A stretch of DNA of 64,000 nt from Pseudomonas aeruginosa PAO1. GTDB lineage: Bacteria > Pseudomonadota > Gammaproteobacteria > Pseudomonadales > Pseudomonadaceae. The DNA lies in assembly GCF_000006765.1 (NCBI RefSeq), contig NC_002516.2; one strand, given 5' to 3'. The notes under the pieces are model-generated. The model was not told where the DNA came from. It made no database searches and was given only the letters and a program-made list of their open reading frames with translations. A program made the translations under genes and the position numbers. Of this stretch, positions 57,372-64,000 are shown piece by piece. How positions within the stretch are numbered: position 1 is the stretch's first letter; every line of letters starts with the position of its first letter.

Positions 57372-59270
57372 ATGCTTCGCTCGCTGTCGTTTGCCAAGAA
57401 AATCCTTCTCGCCGCCGCGCTGGTGGTAGTTTTCGCCTTCAGCTGCTTCATCCTCTACAACGATTACCGACAGCGCGAGGCCGTGCGCACGGACACGGAA
57501 AACTACCTCGGGGAAATCGGCACCCTGACCGCCAGCAACATCCAGAGCTGGCTGGAAGGCCGCATGCACCTGGTGGAAGGCCTGGCCTCGCAACTGGCGC
57601 TGCTCGACCAGCCCGACGAGGCGAATATCGCAAGGCAACTGGAACAGCCCGTCTTCAGCCGCAATTTCGCGTCGGTCTATCTTGGCGAGGCGGCCAGCGG
57701 CACCTTCACCATGCGCCCCTACGACGCCATGCCGGAAGGTTACGACCCACGTACCCGCGCCTGGTACAAGGACGCGCTGGCGGCCGACCGGCTGATCGTC
57801 ACCGAACCTTTCGTCGATGCCGGTACCGGCGAGCAGATCCTCGCCATGTCGCTGCCGGTGCGGCACGCCGGTCAACTGCTGGGCGTCGCCGCCGGCGACA
57901 TGAAGCTGGAGACCCTGACCGCGATCCTCAATTCCCTGAAGTTCGACGGTGCCGGCTACGCCTTCCTGGTCAGCGACGCCGGCAAGATCCTCCTCCACCC
58001 CGACTCCGGGCTGGTCCTGAAGACCCTCGCCGAAGCCTATCCCAAAGGCGCACCGAACATCGTCCCCGGGGTCCACGAGGTGGAACTCGACGGTAGCAGC
58101 CAGTTCGTTTCCTTCACCCCGGTGAAGGGACTGCCCGGCGTGACCTGGTACGTCGCCCTGGTCCTCGACCGCGACACCGCCTATTCGATGCTCAGCGAAT
58201 TCCGCACTTCGGCGATCGTCGCCACGCTAATCGCGGTGGTCGGCATCATGCTTCTCCTCGGCATGCTGATCCGCGTACTGATGCAACCGCTCACCGACAT
58301 GGGCCGCGCCATGCAGGACATCGCCCAGGGCGAAGGCGACCTGACCAAGCGCCTGAAGGTCACCAGCAACGATGAATTCGGTACGTTGGCCAATGCCTTC
58401 AACCGCTTCGTCGAGCGTATCCACGAATCGATCCGCGAGGTCGCCGGGACCGCTCGCCAACTGCACGATGTGGCGCAACTGGTGGTGAACGCCTCGAACT
58501 CCTCGATGGCCAACTCCGACGAGCAGTCCAACCGCACCAACAGCGTCGCAGCAGCGATCAACGAACTCGGCGCCGCCGCCCAGGAAATCGCCCGCAACGC
58601 CGCCGATGCCTCGCACCACGCCTCCGACGCCAACCACCAGGCCGAAGACGGCAAGCAGGTGGTCGAGCAGACCATCCGCGCGATGAACGAGCTTTCCGAG
58701 AAGATCAGCGCCTCCTGTGCCAACATCGAGGCCCTCAACAGCCGCACGGTGAACATCGGCCAGATCCTCGAAGTGATCAAGGGCATCTCCGAGCAGACCA
58801 ACCTGCTCGCCCTCAACGCCGCCATCGAAGCCGCGCGCGCCGGCGAGGCCGGACGCGGCTTCGCGGTGGTCGCCGACGAGGTGCGCAACCTGGCCCACCG
58901 TGCCCAGGAGTCGGCCCAGCAGATCCAGAAGATGATCGAAGAGCTGCAAGTCGGCGCCCGCGAGGCGGTGGCCACCATGACCGAAAGCCAGCGTTACAGC
59001 CTGGAGAGCGTGGAGATCGCCAACCGTGCCGGCGAACGCCTGGGTAGCGTGACCAGCCGGATCGGCGAGATCGACAGCATGAACCAGTCGGTGGCCACTG
59101 CCACCGAGGAACAGACCGCGGTGGTCGACTCGCTGAACATGGACATCACCGAGATCAACACCCTCAACCAGGAAGGCGTGGAGAACCTCCAGGCCACCCT
59201 GCGCGCCTGTGGCGAACTGGAAACCCAGGCCGGGCGCCTGCGGCACCTGGTGGACAGCTTCAAGATCTGA
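57372..59270 (+). CDS. pctC: Amino-acid/GABA chemoreceptor PctC
   Basis: TM-dCache ([13 protein letters not shown])-TM-HAMP-MA domain; identity inferred from gene order and motif variant. Confidence 0.9.
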   Translation: MLRSLSFAKKILLAAALVVVFAFSCFILYNDYRQREAVRTDTENYLGEIGTLTASNIQSWLEGRMHLVEGLASQLALLDQPDEANIARQLEQPVFSRNFASVYLGEAASGTFTMRPYDAMPEGYDPRTRAWYKDALAADRLIVTEPFVDAGTGEQILAMSLPVRHAGQLLGVAAGDMKLETLTAILNSLKFDGAGYAFLVSDAGKILLHPDSGLVLKTLAEAYPKGAPNIVPGVHEVELDGSSQFVSFTPVKGLPGVTWYVALVLDRDTAYSMLSEFRTSAIVATLIAVVGIMLLLGMLIRVLMQPLTDMGRAMQDIAQGEGDLTKRLKVTSNDEFGTLANAFNRFVERIHESIREVAGTARQLHDVAQLVVNASNSSMANSDEQSNRTNSVAAAINELGAAAQEIARNAADASHHASDANHQAEDGKQVVEQTIRAMNELSEKISASCANIEALNSRTVNIGQILEVIKGISEQTNLLALNAAIEAARAGEAGRGFAVVADEVRNLAHRAQESAQQIQKMIEELQVGAREAVATMTESQRYSLESVEIANRAGERLGSVTSRIGEIDSMNQSVATATEEQTAVVDSLNMDITEINTLNQEGVENLQATLRACGELETQAGRLRHLVDSFKI

Positions 59271-59287
59271 GCCCGTCCGTCCCACAG

Positions 59288-59316
59288 GCCGGCTAACCGC
59301 GAAGCGGTTAGCCGGC
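59288..59316. repeat. REP-like perfect palindrome
   Basis: GCCGGCTAACCGC-GAA-GCGGTTAGCCGGC. Confidence 0.7.
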
Positions 59317-59329
59317 GATCATCCAGCCC

Positions 59330-59365
59330 CCATGAAAAAGGCGCCCGCGGGCGCCTTTTTCATGG
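59330..59365. terminator. Bidirectional terminator between pctC and the DUF853 gene
   Basis: CCATGAAAAAGGCGCCC-GC-GGGCGCCTTTTTCATGG. Confidence 0.9.
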
Positions 59366-59373
59366 CCTGGCGC

Positions 59374-60864
59374 TCAGCGCCGCTTCTTCCCGCCCATCAA
59401 CGAGCCGAGCAGGCCACGCACCAGCTCCCGGCTCAACTGGTTGGCCGCCTGGCGCATGGCGCTCTTCACCGTCGAATTGGACAGCAGGCTGCCGAGAATC
59501 TGCCCGGCCATGCCGCCGACGCCGGACGAGCTTTCCTGCTGAGCAGTCGCCTGGCCCTGGACCTCGGGTTTGGCGCCCGCCTTGTTCGCCAGCACCTCGT
59601 AGGCCGACTCGCGATCGATCGGCTGGTCGTAGCGACCCTTCAACGGCGACCGCTGGACCAGTTCAGCGCGCTCGCTGTCGCTCAGCGGGCCGATCCGCGA
59701 ATAGGGCGGCGCCACCGCGACGCGCTGGACCATGGCCGGCGTGCCCTTTTCCTCCAGGGTGCCGACCAACGCCTCGCCGATACCCAGTTCGGTCAGCACC
59801 CCCAGGGTGTCGAACGCCGGGTTCGGGCGGAAACCGTCGGCCACCGCGCGCAGCGATTTCTGCTCCTTGGCGGTGAAGGCGCGCAGGCCATGCTGGATAC
59901 GCAGGCCGAGCTGGGCCAGGACATCGTCCGGCAGGTCGCCCGGCGACTGGGTGACGAAGTACACCCCGACGCCTTTCGAGCGGATCAGCCGGACCACCTG
60001 TTCCAGGCGGTCGCGCAAGGCTTTCGGCGTGCCGTTGAACAGCAGGTGGGCCTCGTCGAAGAACAGTGCCAGCACCGGCTTGTCGGCATCGCCGCGCTCC
60101 GGCAGTTGCTCGAACAGCTCGGCCAACAGCCAGAGCAGGAAAGTCGCGTAGACCTTCGGCGCCTCGTGCACCAGGCGGCTGGCGTCGAGCAGGTGGATGC
60201 GCCCGCGCCCGTCCGGCTCGGGGCGGAGGATGTCTTCCAGTTGCAGGGCAGGCTCGCCGAAGAAGGCCTCGGCGCCCTGCTGCTCCAGAGTGGCCAGGCG
60301 GCGCAGCAGCGCCTGCCCGGAAGCGCCAGTGAACAGCGCCCGGTCCTCGCCAAGGATTTCCGGATTGTCCTTCAGATGGTTGAGCAGCGCCTTCAGGTCC
60401 TTCAGGTCGAGCAGCAGCAGGCCTTCCCGGTCGGCCACCTGGAAGGCGGCGAACAGCGCGGCCTGCTGGCTATCGGTCAACTCCAGGAGGTTGGCCAGCA
60501 GCAGCGGGCCCATCTCGCTGATGGTGGTGCGCAACGGGTGGCCGGTCTTCCCGGCGATGTCCCAGAGCGTGGTCGGGTAGGCCTTCGGCTGGTAGTTCAG
60601 CCACGGCATGCTGGCGATACGTTCGGCGACCTTGCCCTGCGGGTTGCCCGGCGCGGCGATGCCGCACAGGTCGCCCTTGATGTCGGCGGCGAACACCGCG
60701 ACACCGGCATCGCTGAAGGATTCGGCGAGGTGCTGCAAGGTCACCGTCTTGCCGGTACCGGTGGCGCCGGCGATCAATCCATGACGGTTGGCCAGGCGCC
60801 AGGCCTGTCCTACCGGCTGGCCATCGGGGCCAGCGCCGATCAACAACTCATTCGCTTGCGACAT
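59374..60864 (-). CDS. DUF853/HerA-like P-loop ATPase (YjgR family, PA4308)
   Basis: NRHGLIAGATGTGKTVTLQ, FFDEAHLLF, IRSKGVGVYFVTQSP. Confidence 0.88.
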   Translation of the reverse strand: MSQANELLIGAGPDGQPVGQAWRLANRHGLIAGATGTGKTVTLQHLAESFSDAGVAVFAADIKGDLCGIAAPGNPQGKVAERIASMPWLNYQPKAYPTTLWDIAGKTGHPLRTTISEMGPLLLANLLELTDSQQAALFAAFQVADREGLLLLDLKDLKALLNHLKDNPEILGEDRALFTGASGQALLRRLATLEQQGAEAFFGEPALQLEDILRPEPDGRGRIHLLDASRLVHEAPKVYATFLLWLLAELFEQLPERGDADKPVLALFFDEAHLLFNGTPKALRDRLEQVVRLIRSKGVGVYFVTQSPGDLPDDVLAQLGLRIQHGLRAFTAKEQKSLRAVADGFRPNPAFDTLGVLTELGIGEALVGTLEEKGTPAMVQRVAVAPPYSRIGPLSDSERAELVQRSPLKGRYDQPIDRESAYEVLANKAGAKPEVQGQATAQQESSSGVGGMAGQILGSLLSNSTVKSAMRQAANQLSRELVRGLLGSLMGGKKRR

Positions 60865-60881
60865 CCATTCATCCTCGGGAC

Positions 60882-60908
60882 TAAAGCTCCGGCACGCTGT
60901 GCCGACAG
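60882..60908 (+). promoter_or_regulatory. sigma28 (FliA) promoter, probably for pctA
   Basis: TAAAGCTC-N11-GCCGACAG. Confidence 0.7.
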
Positions 60909-61263
60909 TAAGGGAAAGCTCTTGTGCAACGGGGCTTCCAGCGGAACCCGCGTACCAATATGCGCGGGTTCCCGCGAAGGGCGTCGGGCCAGCGCATCGA
61001 CCCGATCTGGCCGTCCAGCTTCAGCGAAGACCTTCGGGCCTTGCTGAGACAGGAAAAATCGCCATCGTATCCGTATCACGCATTCTTCGGAGCCACCCAG
61101 GGAACCGTGGCTTCGTGGCACAAGGCCGTGCCTGGGTCGACGGACTACCCACCCGCGCGACCCGCCCGACGCTGCAAGGCGTACGGAAAGCCCCTGCGCC
61201 CGCGGAACGGTCGCAGGGGTCTGGTCAAAGACTGGCGCTACATACTCCTGGACGCAATACAAC

Positions 61264-63153
61264 ATGATCAAAAGTCTGAAGTTCAGCCACAAGATCCTCC
61301 TCGCGGCCTCCCTCGTGGTGTTCGCCGCTTTCGCACTGTTCACCCTCTACAACGATTACCTGCAGCGCAACGCGATCCGCGAGGACCTCGAAAGCTACCT
61401 GCGGGAAATGGGTGACGTGACTTCCAGCAACATTCAGAACTGGCTCGGCGGCCGTCTGCTGCTGGTCGAGCAGACCGCCCAGACCCTGGCCCGCGACCAC
61501 AGCCCGGAAACCGTCAGCGCCCTGCTCGAACAGCCGGCCCTGACCTCGACCTTCAGCTTCACCTACCTCGGCCAGCAGGACGGCGTCTTCACCATGCGTC
61601 CGGACAGCCCGATGCCGGCCGGCTACGATCCGCGCAGCCGGCCCTGGTACAAGGACGCCGTGGCGGCCGGCGGCCTGACCCTGACCGAACCCTACGTCGA
61701 CGCCGCCACCCAGGAATTGATCATCACCGCGGCGACACCGGTGAAGGCCGCTGGCAACACCCTCGGCGTGGTAGGCGGCGACCTCAGCCTGAAGACCCTG
61801 GTGCAGATCATCAATTCGCTGGACTTCAGCGGCATGGGCTACGCCTTCCTGGTCAGCGGCGACGGCAAGATCCTGGTGCACCCGGACAAAGAGCAGGTGA
61901 TGAAGACCCTGAGCGAGGTCTACCCGCAGAACACGCCGAAGATCGCCACCGGTTTCAGCGAGGCCGAATTGCACGGGCATACCCGCATCCTCGCCTTTAC
62001 CCCTATCAAGGGCCTGCCTTCGGTGACCTGGTACCTGGCGCTGTCCATCGACAAGGACAAGGCCTACGCCATGCTCAGCAAGTTCCGCGTCTCGGCCATC
62101 GCCGCCGCGCTGATCTCCATCGTCGCCATCCTGGTCCTGCTCGGCCTGCTGATCCGCCTGCTGATGCAGCCGCTGCACCTGATGGGCCGTGCCATGCAGG
62201 ACATCGCCCAGGGCGAGGGCGACCTGACCAAGCGCCTCGCCGTGACCAGCCGCGATGAATTCGGAGTGCTCGGCGATGCCTTCAACCAGTTCGTCGAGCG
62301 TATCCATCGCTCGATCCGGGAAGTCGCCGGGACCGCGCACAAACTGCACGACGTCTCGCAACTGGTGGTGAACGCCTCGAACTCTTCGATGGCCAACTCC
62401 GACGAGCAGTCCAACCGCACCAACAGCGTCGCCGCGGCGATCAACGAACTCGGCGCCGCCGCCCAGGAAATCGCCCGCAACGCCGCCGATGCCTCGCACC
62501 ATGCGTCCGACGCCAACCACCAGGCCGAGGACGGCAAACAGGTGGTCGAGCAGACCATCCGCGCGATGAACGAGCTTTCCGAGAAGATCAGCGCCTCCTG
62601 CGCCAACATCGAGGCCCTCAACAGCCGCACGGTGAACATCGGCCAGATCCTCGAAGTGATCAAGGGCATCTCCGAGCAGACCAACCTGCTCGCCCTCAAC
62701 GCCGCCATCGAAGCCGCGCGCGCCGGCGAGGCCGGACGCGGCTTCGCAGTGGTCGCCGACGAGGTGCGCAACCTGGCCCATCGCGCCCAGGAGTCGGCCC
62801 AGCAGATCCAGAAGATGATCGAAGAGCTGCAAGTCGGCGCCCGCGAGGCGGTGGCCACCATGACCGAGAGCCAGCGCTACAGCCTGGAGAGCGTGGAGAT
62901 CGCCAACCGTGCCGGCGAAAGCCTGAGCAGCGTGACCCGGCGGATCGGCGAGATCGACGGGATGAACCAGTCGGTGGCCACCGCCACCGAGGAGCAGACC
63001 GCGGTGGTCGACTCGCTGAACATGGACATCACCGAGATCAACACCCTCAACCAGGAAGGCGTGGAGAACCTCCAGGCCACCCTGCGCGCCTGTGGCGAGC
63101 TGGAAACCCAGGCCGGGCGCCTGCGCCAACTGGTGGACAGCTTCAAGATCTGA
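61264..63153 (+). CDS. pctA: Broad-range amino-acid chemoreceptor PctA
   Basis: dCache with [16 protein letters not shown]; HAMP; MA domain. Confidence 0.93.
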   Translation: MIKSLKFSHKILLAASLVVFAAFALFTLYNDYLQRNAIREDLESYLREMGDVTSSNIQNWLGGRLLLVEQTAQTLARDHSPETVSALLEQPALTSTFSFTYLGQQDGVFTMRPDSPMPAGYDPRSRPWYKDAVAAGGLTLTEPYVDAATQELIITAATPVKAAGNTLGVVGGDLSLKTLVQIINSLDFSGMGYAFLVSGDGKILVHPDKEQVMKTLSEVYPQNTPKIATGFSEAELHGHTRILAFTPIKGLPSVTWYLALSIDKDKAYAMLSKFRVSAIAAALISIVAILVLLGLLIRLLMQPLHLMGRAMQDIAQGEGDLTKRLAVTSRDEFGVLGDAFNQFVERIHRSIREVAGTAHKLHDVSQLVVNASNSSMANSDEQSNRTNSVAAAINELGAAAQEIARNAADASHHASDANHQAEDGKQVVEQTIRAMNELSEKISASCANIEALNSRTVNIGQILEVIKGISEQTNLLALNAAIEAARAGEAGRGFAVVADEVRNLAHRAQESAQQIQKMIEELQVGAREAVATMTESQRYSLESVEIANRAGESLSSVTRRIGEIDGMNQSVATATEEQTAVVDSLNMDITEINTLNQEGVENLQATLRACGELETQAGRLRQLVDSFKI

Positions 63154-63180
63154 GACCGGCCGGTCTCGTCGCCGAACCGG

Positions 63181-63205
63181 CGGACAACCGCGATGCGGTT
63201 ATCCG
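63181..63205. repeat. REP-like palindrome (preceded by a 16-bp palindrome at 63152-63167)
   Basis: CGGACAACCGC-GAT-GCGGTTATCCG; GAGACCGGCCGGTCTC. Confidence 0.7.
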
Positions 63206-63215
63206 CCCTGCCGAC

Positions 63216-63241
63216 GAAAAGCGCCCACGGGCGCTTTTTTT
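63216..63241 (+). terminator. pctA terminator
   Basis: GAAAAGCGCCC-AC-GGGCGCTTTTTTT. Confidence 0.85.
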
Positions 63242-63284
63242 CGTTCTCCAGGTCGCATTCGGTGAAACCATTCATCCGTTGCGC

Positions 63285-63311
63285 TAAAGCTTCCGGACTT
63301 GCCGCCGACAG
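63285..63311 (+). promoter_or_regulatory. sigma28 (FliA) promoter of pctB
   Basis: TAAAGCTT-N11-GCCGACAG. Confidence 0.8.
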
Positions 63312-63389
63312 ACACGGCAAGCCTTGCAGTTGCGATCCAACTGGGGCTGTTCACGACAGCGCGCCCGCGCCTCCCGGATGCAAGAAACC

Positions 63390-64000
63390 ATGATCAAAAG
63401 TCTCAAGTTCAGCCACAAGATCCTGCTCGCCGCCGCGCTGGTGGTGATCGCGACCTTCTCCCTGTTCACCCTCTACAACGACTCCCTGCAGCGTGCCTCG
63501 ATCCGCGAGGACCTGGAGGACTACCTGCACGAAATGGGCGAGATCACCGCCAGCAACGTGCAGAACTGGCTGAGCGGGCGCATCCTGCTGATCGAGAACC
63601 TGGCCCAGACCCTGGCCCGCGACCACAGCCCGGAGACCACCCAGGCCCTGCTGGAACAGCCGCTGCTGGGCTCGACCTTCCTCTTCACCTACCTGGGGCA
63701 GACCGACGGCACCTACACCGCGCGTCCCACCAGCGACCTGCCGGCCGACTACGACCCGCGCCGCCGCCCCTGGTACAACGCCGCCACCAGCGCCGGCCAG
63801 ACCACCCTCACCGAACCCTACATGGAGCCGGCCATCCACGAGCTGGTACTGACCATCGCCAGCCCGGCGCGCCAGGGCGGCCAGCCATTCGGCGTGGTCG
63901 GCGGCGACCTCAGCCTGCAGACGGTGGTGAAGATCATCAACTCGCTGGACTTCGGCGGCATGGGCTACGCCTTCCTGGTCAGCGGCGACGGCAAGATCCT
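63390..64000 (+). CDS. pctB: Chemoreceptor PctB, 5' part (runs off the right edge; not in the ORF track)
   Basis: Manual translation [23 protein letters not shown]...YDPRRRPWY...PYME...GGD, open to the window end. Confidence 0.9.
   Translation, partial: MIKSLKFSHKILLAAALVVIATFSLFTLYNDSLQRASIREDLEDYLHEMGEITASNVQNWLSGRILLIENLAQTLARDHSPETTQALLEQPLLGSTFLFTYLGQTDGTYTARPTSDLPADYDPRRRPWYNAATSAGQTTLTEPYMEPAIHELVLTIASPARQGGQPFGVVGGDLSLQTVVKIINSLDFGGMGYAFLVSGDGKI

Noticed and set aside
60924-61415. 163-aa ORF in the pctA leader
   Set aside because: It overlaps pctA out of frame, lacks an SD and has no recognisable motif; kept only as a Ribo-seq check.

Overview
High-GC Pseudomonas aeruginosa chromosome segment. 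The 16S sequence, gene order and protein sequences match my recollection of PAO1 PA4269-PA4310; locus tags are from memory, not a search. From the left: the minus-strand transcription/translation core (rpoC partial, rpoB, rplL, rplJ, rplA, rplK, nusG, secE, tRNA-Trp, tufB, tRNA-Thr/Gly/Tyr); birA-coaX-SPOR; a complete rrn operon (16S-Ile-Ala-23S-5S); sbcDC converging on recCBD; a small accessory block (LipL-like ligase-family protein, EamA exporter with NimR-like AraC regulator, ChrA, an atypical chemoreceptor, a small conserved protein, a PiT transporter); the complete Flp/Tad pilus locus with PprAB; and the pctC/DUF853 ATPase/pctA/pctB (partial) chemoreceptor cluster. I see no integrase, transposase, prophage or CRISPR array. 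Most of the window is well-studied core genome, and I cannot support a large undescribed system. The best leads are: (i) a LipL-type Cys-containing amidotransferase-like gene heading recCBD; (ii) a chemoreceptor with its putative sensor domain at the C-terminus; (iii) a sigma28 promoter abutting the DUF853 ATPase start, implying a ~350-nt pctA leader; (iv) two 1-nt deletions in conserved 23S helices and an rrn flank combination typical of an rrn-mediated inversion; (v) several compact terminator/promoter/tRNA overlaps.
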